A DNA stretch of 64,000 nucleotides, from contig CP075497.1 of assembly GCA_021613535.1 (NCBI GenBank), positions 3,658,001 to 3,722,000 of the forward strand. The letters run 5' to 3'. The DNA is from Adineta vaga (taxonomy: Eukaryota > Animalia > Rotifera). Below are positions 1-13,992 of this stretch, in pieces. The translations under genes and the position numbers were made by a program. Within the stretch, counting starts at the first letter, position 1, and every line of letters begins with the position of its first letter. The notes beneath the pieces are model-generated. The model searched no databases, had not been told where the DNA came from, and saw only the letters and a program-made list of their open reading frames with translations.

Positions 1-2186
1 AATTGTTTTAGTTGATAACAAGTCTTTGGAAATAGGTTCTAACATCATCACCCAATACTCAACAACGTATCAATGAATGTAAACAGACAGTTTTAGCTGT
101 AGCAAAAAGACGAAAAGATTTTCTTGATGAAATCAAGTAAAGAATTAATTACCATTGAATTCAATTATAATTTATTATTTATTCGCTAGAGAAAATGCTC
201 GAGATGAACCATTGTATCCTCAACCAGCTTCAATTGAAAAAGCATTTCAAAATGTAAAAAAAAACCAACCATTGTTTTCAACTTGAAAACTATTTCAATT
301 TATTCTTTTTAGTTAACATTTCGAATATCTGATATAACATTAGCAAATTTTCTATTTCAATCTTCATTTCTTCTCACAAATTTTACTACGATATTCAATA
401 ACTATTTTGGTGATATTGATGATGATACAGTTGCATATCTTGATCGAAATCTTCATATTGGACAACAAGTGAAAGAAGTTTATGAACAATTATTAACAAC
501 TATCGATACAGATCATTGTTTTAAATTAGATATGGTAGGTAAAAATATGACGAATATCTTCCATACAGATTTGGTTGAGAACATATGCAACGATCGTAAA
601 CATTGAATAAATCGTAAAAACTATAGTTATCTGTTTTATGCAAATCTCACGAGGATTCTTTGGTTTTCTGAGCTGATTTATGTCACGACATTAGAAAGAG
701 AACCTGTGACCTCGTGTTTGATTGGAGGAAAAATGAATAATTGTAATAAAAACTATCGTTCTATTTATTTTGATCTAGGATAAATATGTTATCCAATGTC
801 CTGATCGTCTTGATTTACGATCTTCTCAAGCATCAACAACATTGACGAAACCTTTTATTCAACAGATTAATAATAGATCTCTTGCTAAACGTTATGAACC
901 ACCTTGGAAAGAATTCGATAATAATCGTCAACGTTGGATTCAAACACCTGATCCACGTCGTATCGAAGAGGAAGCGGAAGCAAAAAAGAAGCGTAATCTT
1001 AAAAATAGAAATAAAGGTTTACCTGAACCAACAGTAAACATGAGTCTTATACCTGATCCACAACTAATTACTTCATATAAACCTCGTAATCCTCGTCAAA
1101 CACGAGATTTTCAACTATGGAAAGATTATTGGTCACATGTTTATACAGAAAATGACTATTTGAAGTATTTATGTACGCAATCAACAGATTATCTTCATCA
1201 TGTATTTCATTTACATGATAAATTACCTGAAGATAATCGTCTTAGTGAAGAAGATCAAGCATTACTTGATGAACGTAATCGTGCCTTAAAAGAACGTGAA
1301 GAAAAGATTGCACAATTAAAAGAACGAAAAAATAAATTTGAACAAGGTATTTGGAATGCAGAAAGTGTTTTTCTCGGTGGTCTTGGATATGAACCGACAT
1401 TGAATCCTGTCGATGATCCAATTGTACGATTTGAACAAGATTTAGAAAATCGTAAACCAAAATCAAAACGTATTGATCTATTCGATCCGACTGCTCATGA
1501 AAAAGCTCTGTCTAACAAACGTTTATTAACAACAATTATGGATAATGTTAAAAATATCAATGCACAAAAACGTTTGGAACAAATTTGGAAATTAGTTAAA
1601 ATGACTGATCATGATCGTTTACATATGGCTGTTAAATATAGTACTCTTGAATATGAAACAAAAGTCGAAGCGGTATGAAGAAAATGAAAATGTTTTCTAT
1701 GAGAAAATTTTGTTTTAATTAGGCATTAGAAGCTTGGGAAGCAATTGCACAATTAATCCTTCGTCGAGAGAAGTTTATAGTTGATCTGGAAAATTTTGAA
1801 CGAACAGCGTCGGATGCCAATCGATTTTTCGAATCAGGTATGAGTATTTTTTTTTCTTGATAAAATCAGACAAAAGATTTTATTCATCTTCTATAGGTCC
1901 TATGGGTGGTTCGAAAATGCGTTTAAGCGAATCTCGTCGTCGAACTTATCTCTATAATCAATTGTCTATACTCGAAAAACAGATAACTGAACAGTTCAAT
2001 AAAATAAAAACGAATTTTGGTGATATAGTGACTTATAATGGTCGTAATTATCTTGATAAAATTCAATTTGATAAATTAGAAATGTTACATTATTTACAAG
2101 AAGAACGTCGTTTGAATTATTTACATTCCTTTACATCAGTGGGCAAACATAGTACACTTGATTCAACATTCAATCATGTTTTATAA
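1..2186 (+). CDS. CCDC87: Coiled-coil domain-containing protein 87-like, multi-exon, 5' end lies outside the window
   Basis: Exons separated by short GT-AG introns from position 1. The C-terminal region QKRLEQIWKLVKMTDHDRLHMAVKYST...ALEAWEAIAQLILRREKFIVDLENFERTASDANRFFE...FGDIVTYNGRNYLDKIQFDKLEMLHYLQEERR matches the remembered CCDC87/MAP65-like C-terminus. Stop at 2184-2186. Confidence 0.7.
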
Positions 2187-2279
2187 AATGATATTTTTTT
2201 TCTGTTTTGTTTTCTTTTCCTATTGAACGAAAGAATTATTTTTGACATATTTACAATTTCTCTCTTCTTTTTTTTCTAG

Positions 2280-4875
2280 ATGGCTTCGTCTTATTCCGAT
2301 ACGATCGATGATATAGAAATGAGTAGTAAAGGCATGCAATTTTTATTAAATAATGATCTCGATGCATGTCAATCTTTATTCGATCGATATCGATATTATT
2401 CTCCGTTAATGAATGGTGGATGGTCATTCGTTTCATTTATGGTAAGAATTAAAATTTAAGTTGATGAAAACTGATAAAACTTGTTTGTAACTAATTTGTA
2501 GAGAGCTGTGATATCTTTCGATGATCAACGTTTAGTTCAAGCTGGTCGTGATCTTGCCGAATCCGAAAAATTATGTGCAAATGAAACAACATCAAAATTT
2601 ACTCGTCCAAATCTTTCACCGGATCCAAAAGTAAACAAAAGAAAACACTTATCTTCATTTATTTTTATTTTTTATTTCATATTAAATTAGACGGTAACTT
2701 ATGAAGAAGATTTAACTCGTCGAATTGTCATTGCCGATTGTAAATTATATCAAGGTATAGAGAAACATATTTCAATCGATCTAAATATATGATCGATTAT
2801 TTTAGCTATATTGACATTGATTAAACAAGAATTATCGGGTTTAATTGGTGCTGGATTACTTTTACGTAAAGCATGGAAAGTATATGAAAAACTTCATAAT
2901 GAATTATTTGATCTATATCGAGAAAGAGATCCAAATGCTGAAAAAGATTACGGAGCAAAACCTGAAGATAATCCAGTAATAGAATTTGAAAAAGATCCTG
3001 AAATTAAAAATGATGGCGATGATGATGATGAATTGTCATTTAAAAGTTTTGATAGTACATCCAATGATTTAATGAATGAACTTCCTCTGTATACAGTAAA
3101 ACGTCTTCTTGGTTCTGTTTCATTTGGTTATGGACTTTTCCAAATAGCACTTTCATTTGTACCACCGAGAATTATGAAACTAATTAAATTTCTTGGTTTT
3201 GAAGGCGATCGGTAAGTTTTTCATTGAAAATATTCATCATTATCAAGGTTATTTTTTAGAAAAGCTGCATTGGCTGCTCTTCGTTTTTCTAGTCAAAGTA
3301 CGGATATGAAAGCTCCACTAGCCAATCTAACCCTCTTATGGTATCATTGCATTATTCAACCTTTTTTTGCTATTGATATTTCCAGTCCACCTGGTAATTC
3401 AAAATTTTCACATATCTATAAATGTTTTTTATTTATTTTTTATTTCAAGATGTTAGTGAAGCAAAAACAATATTGAAACGTAATATTGACAAATATGATA
3501 AATCAACTCTATTTATATACTTTCAAGGACGTCTGGAACGTCTTGAAGTAAGTTACATATATTTTAATAAAAAATATTAATCATTTAATATTTTAATAGA
3601 AAGATCTTCCAAAAGCTTTAGCAACATTTGTGAATGGTCTTAATCCTTCTAACTCACAATCACCAACTGCAACAACTACAAGATATAATGAATTAGATCA
3701 GATATTAGTTTACGATCTTGGATTTTGTTATATGATGATGTTACATTTTGAACATGCTCTAACGTGTTTTACAAGGTAAGATTGTTCTTGATATGTATCA
3801 GGTGTAACTGTTATTAAATGAAAACAGATTAAAAGACGAAAGTCGATGGTCCAAAGCATTCTATTGTTATACTTGTGCAAGTAAGTGAATATTTATAGTA
3901 TAGTTGATGTTCAGTTTTATACTTGATTTCTTTTAGTTTGTTCAGCAGCAATGAATAATGGAAATGCATCAGCAAATTTTGTTAAAGACGGAATTAAACT
4001 TCTTCAAAAACGATCAAATCCGGTGGAATTATTTGTACAAAAAAGAGTATAAGAATCTTTATTTACTTATATATTACTCTTATTTAAAATCGTCTTTTCT
4101 ATCTGATTTAGCTGGACTATTTAAAGAAATATCCACCTTCAGTATCTTCAGCTTATATACTTGTATTCGAAATGTTATATTTATGGATTCTTTTACCACT
4201 TTGTGAAGAACCAACATTACGTAAAATGTTACAAAGTAAATAATATTTTCATAGAATAAGTTGACATCTTTCTCAATGATTTTTGCGAAGTTAAAATTAT
4301 AAAAAGTTCCATATACATAGTTGTTTTTCTTCATATTTAGTAACCGAAAAGCATGGCCGAGATTCCAAAGATGATCTTAAACTCCGTCCCATTACGTGTT
4401 TCCTTGAAGGAGCAATCCATAATATTCTACTTCACTACGATGATGCTCAAAATGTAAGTTTATTTTCTTTTTAACTTCAGTATTTATATGATATTTTAGT
4501 GCTACGAAGAAGCTTTTGCTCGAGTTGATGATTCAAAATTAAATTTTACTCGATATATCTTACCATTTGCTTCATGCGAACTCGGTATTCTTGAATATCT
4601 TCATCGTCAAGTAGGCAAATTATGATTCAAGAAACCTATTTTACTATTTGTTATATATTTTCTATTACATAGGATACGGAACGAGCAAAAGAATTACTAA
4701 CAAGAGCTAAAGTAAATCATTTGTTTAATTATAATTCGAGAGAAGAAAACAAAAACAAAGAATTCTTTTCTAGGAAAAATATTCAGATTATGATTTTGAC
4801 AATCGTCTACAAATTCGAACAACGGCGACATTAAAAATAATATCTTCTCGAGAAGCATCTGCTACCAACAAGTAA
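2280..4875 (+). CDS. TTC39: Tetratricopeptide repeat protein 39 (TTC39/Iml2 family), many exons
   Basis: ATG at 2280 (MASSYSDTIDDIEM...FLLNND). Family motifs GLIGAGLLLRKAWKVYEK, SFGYGLFQIALSFVPPRIMKLIKFLGFEGDR, DMKAPLANLTLLWYH, ESRWSKAFY and YSDYDFDNRLQIR. TAA at 4873-4875. Confidence 0.85.
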
Positions 4876-6001
4876 ATACATACAGATTTCGTAATTTTCC
4901 ACCGGTGAACCATTTATCTTCATTCAACAATTTACTTTTCGTTTTTCAAAGACTAATCCATCATTTTTCATCTTCTTTCCATATATTTACGCAAATAATC
5001 ACGAGTTTTTTTCTTAATCTTATTTGACTATTGTATTTATTTATTGACTTGGGGACCATTTTTTAAGATCTGTTTTAAACGAAATTGTATCATTAGATGT
5101 ATATCATTCAATAAATTAATTTCAGCATTTTCTTCGATCAAATATTTCGACTTGTCCTCTTACGGGACAATTATTCTTCTATTGTCGTTATATTTATTTG
5201 AGAACAATTACAATCAACAAACAATTCTGAAAAAAAGTTTCTTATGTACTTTATGATAATTATACCCAGGACGATGAATACAAAATCCGTAAACATCTGT
5301 AAAGAGCGTCCGTTTTGCTTCACTTCGAAGACTGACTATGAATAGAAGAAATATATTTTATAGAAAGATTTAAAACGAACAGCCTGATGCTTACTTCGTA
5401 ATACTGATAATTGAATCATGTTCAACCATCGAAATATATATACCACTCGACAACTGAACACAAACATTTGACTATTCAATTATTCAAACAAGAAAGGTAA
5501 TCCAGGCAGTAGTGGTGTCAATTATAACATTTGAAGTTTCAAGATATCCATTGTATTGAATTTTCAATAACGTTTGCATATCAGCTTGCACGAACGTAAT
5601 GTGATGATGTTTTGACTGCATTGGCTTTCATTTTTCTCATGAACTAAATTTTTAGGAGTTCTGTTCGTTTATGGTGAGATAAATGTCAGTCTACTTTCAC
5701 TAATTTCTTGAAAATTTAATAGATGTTATTCACATGTTTTGTTTTCGGAGCCCAGAATCGATTGCAACCATTCTCTACTATAGTATATAAGCTTCCAATG
5801 ATAGTATTTAGATCTAAAATTTCAAATTCTTCACGTAAAGGTGACGTGCTACGCGGACAAGCTCATATACAATTGTAAAGTGACAATAAAATGATTGTGT
5901 ATCTTTCGACTCAATTGTGATTGACTTTGCGGAACGGTCAATCTAGATTTGAGAGGATAATTAACATGACATAGTCATTCATGTGTACTAATGATGTTTA
6001 G

Positions 6002-6021
6002 TATATATATATATATATATA
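6002..6021. repeat. (TA)n microsatellite
   Basis: tatatatatatatatatata seen directly. Confidence 0.9.
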
Positions 6022-6355
6022 GTTCAGTCTATTATATATTTCTACACCTTCATGTGCGACATATGATTGTCCTGTCATATATACTTATTGTATGTTTGTA
6101 GTTAGAGCACCGTTAAATTAGACATCTGTCCACTTAAATTCAATTCTTTGAATGGCTTCAATACTACTACTTTTGGATATGTCACATTCGTTTCATTCAT
6201 GGTGAATTGTATTATTACATTATACATCTATTCTTAGTAATTAAATTAGACGAAACAAAAATTCTGCAAGAACATGAATAATCTTTTTATTGTTACCCAA
6301 ACACATAACGGAATAACAAAAACAAATGAAAACATATTAGATGTAACATGATTAT

Positions 6356-8029
6356 TCATTGATCACTGACTGATTGGTTCTTCTTTTTTGATCCACCTTT
6401 TCCACGATGTTGTTTCTTTCGACGTTTCTTCGCAGCCTAAATCAAAATCATTCCAATTTAATTATCAAGTAAGTAATTCTTTTTTTTTCTTATTTACACC
6501 GTATTTTTCTAAAAGTTGATCGATTTCTTCTGGTCGAGTGGCACTTTTCTTCTTATGACTTAGTACACCCAAATCTTTTTGAAATTCTTGTAAAGTCTAG
6601 TTTTAAAAAACAAATATTCAAAAAAGAATTTGAATTCATCAAACAAAGATTTCAATACTTACATTCACATCAACTTCACAAGATAATTTATTTGATTCAA
6701 ATACTTCAGGTAAACGTTCATCCGATAATGGATAAATACCACGTGCAAGTGCTTCGAATCTAAATATGATTATTTTAGAGAATATACAATACAATTTTCT
6801 TTCTATTACTTTCGAGCTAATTCATATATTTGTTTACGATTTCTTTGCCGACAATTTTCGACTTTAGCTATTTTGATTAATTTTTCCGAAAGAAGTTTAT
6901 AATCAAACTAATAGAAAAGAATAAAATTAATTTCATTTAAAAAAAAGCGATTAACATACTTGTAAAGCAGTATCATCTTCTTGTTCATCACCATTGTTCA
7001 TTTCCATCTCTTCTTCAATAGCTTGTCGACCAAAGGCTTGAATTGTTTCCATTTCTTCTTCAGCACCTGGATCAATTCCAACATCAGAATATTGAATTAT
7101 CAATAAGAACAGATTTTTGTAAACATGTTTAACTAGTACTTCACTACAAATTTTCATACAGATGAATAACTTACAATAAACTATTAACAACTTACTATTC
7201 AGATGTTTTGATAATATTAAAAAATGGTGATAATAAACGAATCAATCTTTTTGGTTTTAAAGCTATGCCACCAACTTTAGCTAGTTCTTCAAGATAGATA
7301 TCAGTGATATGTAATTTTAAACCTAGATACAAAAAAAATGAATCAATCGAATGAAAAAATTCTTTCTAAGATACGAACCATCACAAGAACGATTGCCATT
7401 AGGACTGAGTACATTTTTAGTAAGCATTTTTGTAAATTTTAAAATATCACTTTTAAGCCATTTGAGGTTTTTCAGAAAAACAAATGATTCACGAAGAAAA
7501 TAACGAACAAACTATTGAAATAAATACATATTATAATATACTTAGGATGATAAGAAAAAAAAGTTCTGCTATAGTTATTTACCGTCATAAATTTACTTAG
7601 ACGCCAACGATCGATACCCCACCATTCTCGAGCAAATGTTGCAAAGCCAGCATCGATATACAATCGTGCTTGCTCATTATCACGAAATTCATGAATCCAA
7701 GATGATATTTGTGCTGCCAATTCATCCTTTATAAAAGAAAAAAAACACGCGAATCAATTAGAATATAGATAAATAAAAATTACTTGTAAAACAGGTTTAT
7801 CAGCCATCCACATATTATAATAAAGACCTTTCCAGATTTTAATTAAATCATCATATGAAAAGAAACTTGTTGGATTCAATGTTCGAGCATGAATCCATGC
7901 TTTCAATCGTTCAACTGCTTTACTTCGTTGAGCCTTACTTGAATCGACTAATTTATGAACAAGAATACGTTCTGGTTCAAGTTCACCTGTTTGTTGTTGT
8001 TCATAATTATCGTTCGATTTTCTTGGCAT
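6356..8029 (-). CDS. RRP1: Ribosomal RNA processing protein 1 (Nop52 domain), multi-exon
   Basis: Nop52 motifs DLIKIWKGLYYNMWMADKPVLQ, REWWGIDRWRLSKFM and GLKLHITDIYLEEL, followed by a basic C-terminal tail. ATG at 8029, TGA at 6358-6356. Confidence 0.9.
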
Positions 8030-8263
8030 TCTTATTCTTGTATTCAATTACACACGAGTATGTAAAGTAACAAAAATAATAAACACATGAAATTTTATAA
8101 ATCAAATCTGATTGGTTATCCGTTTTAACGAATGACTTTGTTGATATTTTTGCGTTCTTTATTCTTGTTTATTATTATCGATTGAACATAGGACCATTAT
8201 ATAAACCCCTCGATCGTGATCATCAACATTTTTGACACATTCTGATACATTTTATTTTAGATC

Positions 8264-11200
8264 ATGCCATTAGTTTCATTATTTGATCGAACTTTACCCA
8301 CATCATCTTCATTTAAACAATCATCTAATACTCATACTGAACAGGTAAATGAATACGTTGAACATGGATTTATGTTCGAGAAAATTTTTACCCTTTTTTT
8401 TTCTTTTCGTATGGCAGTATAATCTTATTTGCCGTTCGAAAAATGTCTTATTAAAAAATTGCTTTTCGTTGTAATCAGATCACTTCAGATATTGTATAAG
8501 ATGTCCTTCTGATATAAGACATCAATAAGACAGACAGTAAGCGAAGTCGTCTGTATGTTAGTTTTTATAGATGTGCAAATGAGGCATGAAAAATGAAGGT
8601 TATATCCTCCATCTTTCAGAGACTTGTCATCTAAAATGAGAATTTTTCTATTTCGGACGCCAGTTCTGTCCTTCGAGACAAATGTCTACCTTGATACAGA
8701 AAAGAGCATATCTAAAGACATACGTAACTATTGATTGCTTTTTCTCGTGAAGTCTATCTTTATTTAATGTGATTGAATAGTATAAGTTATACAAATCATT
8801 TGTACTTCACGTCAACATTCATCCTAATTATCCCACACGTTTTATCTCAAAAAAAAGTTTATTCTTTCTTTCTATCTTTCTTCTGTCTGTGTGTACAGAC
8901 AGATCTTCAGTCATTTGTCGAGGTCAGTAAGACTATCATTCTCATTATTGTCAATGCTGCTGCTGTCGCCGCAAAAAGACGATTTGAGCCGATATATACA
9001 TTCTATCTATACACACGAAAGCCATTGAATAAACTGTAGGCTACAAATGGCATATTAAATAAATATTCATTTGTGCATGTGCGTATACTAAAGTTGTGAC
9101 ATAATCGACGACAACGATGATGACGATGATGATGCGTGATTCGACTAACAATAATACCATCTTTGTAACATTAGTGATTGAATGAGAAAAAAGATTGAAT
9201 ACAATGTTGGCTTGTTTTGCAAGCAACATGAAAGAATACAAACGAACATTGGTGAATGCCTTTTTCCTTTTCACTGTATTACATTTCCCGATTGCAACTC
9301 TTTCTTTCTCTCTTCTTTTTTGTGTTTGAGATTAATACTTAGACTTCTTTTTTTGTTCTATTATAGCCTACTATTCACTCCTATTCAAATGGCAACAGTT
9401 CTGCCAAGGAAAATGGCTGTGATTCGTCTTTTCTCAAGCAGCAGCAGCAACAACAACTTAACCAACATCATCATCATCATCAATGTAAGTTACTTATCTC
9501 CAACAGAGCCTAATCATAACAATATCTCTCTCGAGTGAAATTAAACATGAGAAATAAATGGAAAAAAAAACGTGAAACAAAGAAACAGCTGCAGCTGTTC
9601 ACATGTTTGATGTATCCCGCTGTGTTCGAATATGGATATTCTCATCATTACCATATGAACAGAACAAAAAAATATAAAAAAATGCGAAGTTTTGTAATGA
9701 TAATACTGAATTCTTTTCTCTTCTATTCCCATCAAGGTCTCTTCTTTCAATTAGAACCTATCAATTGAGATAGAACGAATGAATGTTATAAGACTACTAT
9801 GTACATATTGGGTTGATCGACGCTCTCAATGTTTGTATGCGTGAATCGAGACGATTGCACCCATTTGTATTGACAATATATATATATATGTATACACATA
9901 TATGTATATAAATGTGCCATTAGACGATTGATGGTGTTTGTCGACTTGCCCTTTTGTTACTTATATGAGTATAATCATTTATTCTAATTTCACTATGCTT
10001 ATATATCATAAACTACATAGTACTGTACTCGAATAGTCTCTATGATTAGATGTCATCATTCACTTTAATCATCGGATATAGAGAACAAGAGAGAGAGAGC
10101 GAGAAAGAAAGGAAGAAAGAAAGAAAGAATGTAAAGTAAAGAACATTTTTTTTCTATATTGAAAACAGACAAAAGAAAAAGAAAATAATCGAAGTATGAT
10201 ATGAGAAGCTCACTGAACTAGGCGATCGTGGGGGCGGGTGATTGTACAGAACGTGTTAGATGCCTTTATATACGCGTGAGAGTTAAATAAAGAATTAGTC
10301 GGTTATTTGCCATTACACTTTTTCGCTCTTTCCCTCTCTGTTTCTCTCTTTTCTTCTCTTTCTCTGTGTCGCTCTGCGGATCAACAATTGAATCAATCGT
10401 CGTTAGTCTGTTCGCACAATTACGTAAGTAATAAAAAATGAAGAACATGATTGTCTCGCAGACAAGCACAACAAACTCATCACAAGAAAATGAGACAGAC
10501 AAAGCGGGAAATAATCAGCATACAGAATTACTTAGACTATTGTGGCAGTTAGTTCTTGACCTTATTCACCAACCGTTGTCCATCATTCTTTGCTAGAGAG
10601 GGAAAAAAGATAGACAGACTGTGTTCATTGAGAGACCATGCAATAGCATCGGTCATATGTATATATATATATACATATATCTCTCTTCTCTTCCTTCTCA
10701 TTTTTTTTCTGCGCCGTTGGATAATGAATGTTCGAGACACATTGAATGGATGGAATTCATCGTTTGTTCTGCTCAGCTGAGTTACTTTTTCTTGCAGCTG
10801 TTCACCTATTCATTTGACCAGCACACGTGTACATGTAGATATAGTTGGAAAAAAAAAAGAAAAGGTGTATGTCCTCCCGTCATAAACACTCGACCTGTCA
10901 TGTATGACTTATTATTTAAAACTACTTAGCTATATATCCAAGTGCCTCTTTAGATGCTATTGATCGTACTCTGACCGATTTTTCAAACAATACGAACAAT
11001 ACCAACAAGTCAACAATGAGTGCAGCTACAGCATCACGTTCACCATTTCAATCTCACACCGTTTCCGATGATTCTTATTGTTCACCATGGGATTTAAAAT
11101 CACAAGAAGAAAAATTTAAATTACTCAGTGAACAACGATCAACTTCATCATCAAATACAATTACAACATTAACTGATGCTCTACTTCATCCATCTAATAC

Positions 11201-12884
11201 TAATACTCGTACTACATCTTTATTATCATCAACATCATCATCATCTTCTTCTTTTAATAATCACAACAGCAATCCATTTCAACGCACTCGTTCTGCTCGC
11301 ACATCATCATCTACAAAAAAATCATTTACACTTCGTGAGCCTTCACCACCTTCACTTCCTCCATTACCACCGGGTGGTTTAATCCCAGTATCACCGAACA
11401 CTGCATGTCAATGTGGTAGCACTAGTGCAAATAATACTCGCAATCGTTCACTTAATAATACATATAACAATATCAATAACAATAATAATAATAACACTTC
11501 CATTGTTGAAAGTTTGGATCCATCATTAAAAAAAATTTCATATTGTCTAAATGCACATGCTGTTCGTTCGGGTACTGATACATCAAGAAGTTTCGTTTTT
11601 GCTTCTTCGTCACCTGTTAATGAACGTTCACAACGAATCAATACTGCACCGGCTAAAGTTGATCTTTCACATGTTGTTGACAACCGTCAAGAATCAACAA
11701 ATATAACTTCACAAAATAGTACTATATCTTCATTATCAACAACAACATCATCATCAACTGAATCACCATTGATAATAGATGATACTAAACCGATGTCATT
11801 TGAAGTAGGTTCTTTTTCTGTTAAGAGATTATTTACATAGAATCATAAATTGTCTTTCTTCTCTTCATAGGTTGCTTTACAACGCTTTAAACGTTTAAGT
11901 TCATCTACTCGATGTAGTACTAACAGTGTTTCAGCATCCTCATTGCCTAAAACACAATTAACTACAAATCAAGATTCATCAATTGCATATGAACGACCAT
12001 GGGATACATTACAAACATCTCTTATCAGTAGTCTTTCATCTCCGCCATCCGCTACATCGTATCGTAATGGAAGTTCATTACAAAAAATGCCAAGTGCTGA
12101 CGAATCAAAACAATTTTGTACACCACCCTTTCCTATGGTTTCTCCTACCATAAGTACCTGTCGACGTAGCACATGTTCACCAGATGAGAAAAATACTATT
12201 AACAATACAAATATTGGAGGAGGTAAATCAACAATTGATAAAAGATTTCTATGAAAAAGAATTTTTGTCTAAACATTACTGTTTTCTTTATTCAAATGAA
12301 TAGATATCAATAAAACAAATAATCGTAATCTTATTCCATTAACATCAGATATTGATACAATAATTCCAATTGATCGTTATTTGTAAGTGTTTATCTCAAA
12401 TTTCATGAAAAAGCTTTTTAGAAATTATGTCTGTCTATATGTATATATTTAGTTGGTATCATTATGCAATGTCACGACGAACAGCTGAAAGTATTTTACT
12501 ATCTCGTCCACTTGGTAGTTTTCTTGTTCGTCAAAGTGAAAGTGGAAATCAAAATGATTATTCACTTTCAATTCGGTAAGTTCATATTGATCTTTCACAA
12601 TAAACAATATTTCTGTCTTTTCCCTTTTATGAATAAATAGTACGGCTAAAAGTTGTATGCATATGCGTATTTGTTATTCATCAGGTGTTTATATACTTGG
12701 TGAATGTTCAAGACCATTTCCAAGTGTATCACGTATGATTGAATATTTTACTCAAACATGTGTACCCATACGTGGTGCACTACCAATTAAATTAGGCACA
12801 CCTGTATTTCGATGTGAAACACTTTCATCATCATCATCACCTAACAATCATCATTTCAATGAGGAAAACGAAGAACTTTTGTAA
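8264..12884 (+). CDS. SH2 domain-containing adaptor of the SHB/SHD/SHE/SHF family
   Basis: YxxPWD motifs (YCSPWD, YERPWD) and a C-terminal SH2 domain WYHYAMSRRTAESILLSRPLGSFLVRQSES...YSLSIR|TAKSCMHMRI...YILGECSRPFPSV. Upstream exons at 8264-8344 and ~9367-9484 (poly-Q/poly-H) join in phase to the exon at ~10930; the 5' model is less certain. Confidence 0.75.
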
Positions 12885-13302
12885 CTTATTTTTCATCTCT
12901 TCTAATCATTTGATTTTGTATATTTATATATGTATACATAGATAGAAAAAGCATCTCTTACTCTCGGATACATGACAGCAACAAAAAATACATTTAAATT
13001 CTTCTTTCTTTCTCTTTTTGACACAAGCAGATAGTTTGTTTCTCTTTTTTTTCCTGTTTCTGTTATACACAATATTTCTGGTGATTTTTTTTCTTCTTTT
13101 GTCTTTGACTTTCGTGCATTAGCCAATGACTAATTCAGGAATAAATAATATTATTATTTGATTCAATAAAATTTGACTTCTTCTTTTTTATTTAACATAA
13201 ATGAATTCAAAAAATGAACTTTGATTATAATTCTCTTCTTTCGTTCTCTCAAAAAAATTACACCGATAACTAACGACACACTTCTGATGCCAACCACTTT
13301 TG

Positions 13303-13346
13303 GTTGCTTTGACAATAACAATTATTTTCACATTGGTGATGGTAAC
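13303..13346. promoter_or_regulatory. Possible degenerate RFX X-box elements upstream of CFAP126
   Basis: GTTGCTTTGACAAT (13303-13316) and an ATGGTAAC half-site (13339-13346), 55-100 nt upstream of a ciliary gene ATG. Several mismatches to the consensus. Confidence 0.3.
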
Positions 13347-13400
13347 CACTATGTTTTCTCACTTGTTATTCTTGTTTCATTCCATCGTTGTAACAAAGAC

Positions 13401-13938
13401 ATGTCGCGCAACTATAGTGCTTCACAATATGAAAAATCATTTACACCTAAACGTTTACAGATGTATCAAGTTCCAAAAGATCCACAGCCTGGCACGGTTA
13501 GTAACCATAGATATTCTGTTCATTAATCTGTGTCATAGAACAAATAACTACCGAAGAATATTTTCCTCGAACAGAATGAATCTTTATTTTAGCGTGCAAG
13601 AGGATCAACATCGGTAAATGGCAATAGTTTCGTAGCTGATAATCAAGGTCATCTTCTAGCCGGTGTAGAAAGATCAAAACGATCGCCATTCGGTGAATTT
13701 GTTGGTACATGGGATTTACCAAAACGAATTCCTGGACCTTATCATGTTCATGCAATGGGACGAACTGAGAAAAATTTCAATTCACTTTGTTTACAACGTG
13801 ATGATACAATTCGAGAAATGGAACAAGCACGAGTTTATGAAGTATGTTAAGCAAAATTTTCTTTCATTGTCAATTGATTAATGGTTGTTTTTCTCTGAAT
13901 TTTAGAAAGAAAGTTCATCTGCTCATCAAACCTATTAA
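13401..13938 (+). CDS. CFAP126: Flattop / cilia- and flagella-associated protein 126, 3 exons
   Basis: MSRNYSASQYEKSFTPKRLQ...FVADNQGHLLAGVERSKRSPFGEFVGTWDLPKRIPG matches the Flattop motifs (NYSANQYE, RGHLL, GSFMGTW). Confidence 0.9.
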
Positions 13939-13992
13939 AGAAAATTTGAATATCTTATAAACTTTTATTTTTCATTTTTTTTCTTTCGTATT

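Noticed and set aside
1-2186. CCDC87 as evidence for cryptic spermatogenesis
   Set aside because: The sperm association comes from mammals. A role in motile cilia explains retention equally well, and the sequence cannot discriminate.
8773-10929. Many short ORFs (60-120 aa) on both strands
   Set aside because: They are Phe/Leu/Ile/Lys-rich translations of low-complexity intronic DNA of the SH2 adaptor gene; only the short exon at ~9367-9484 is supported.
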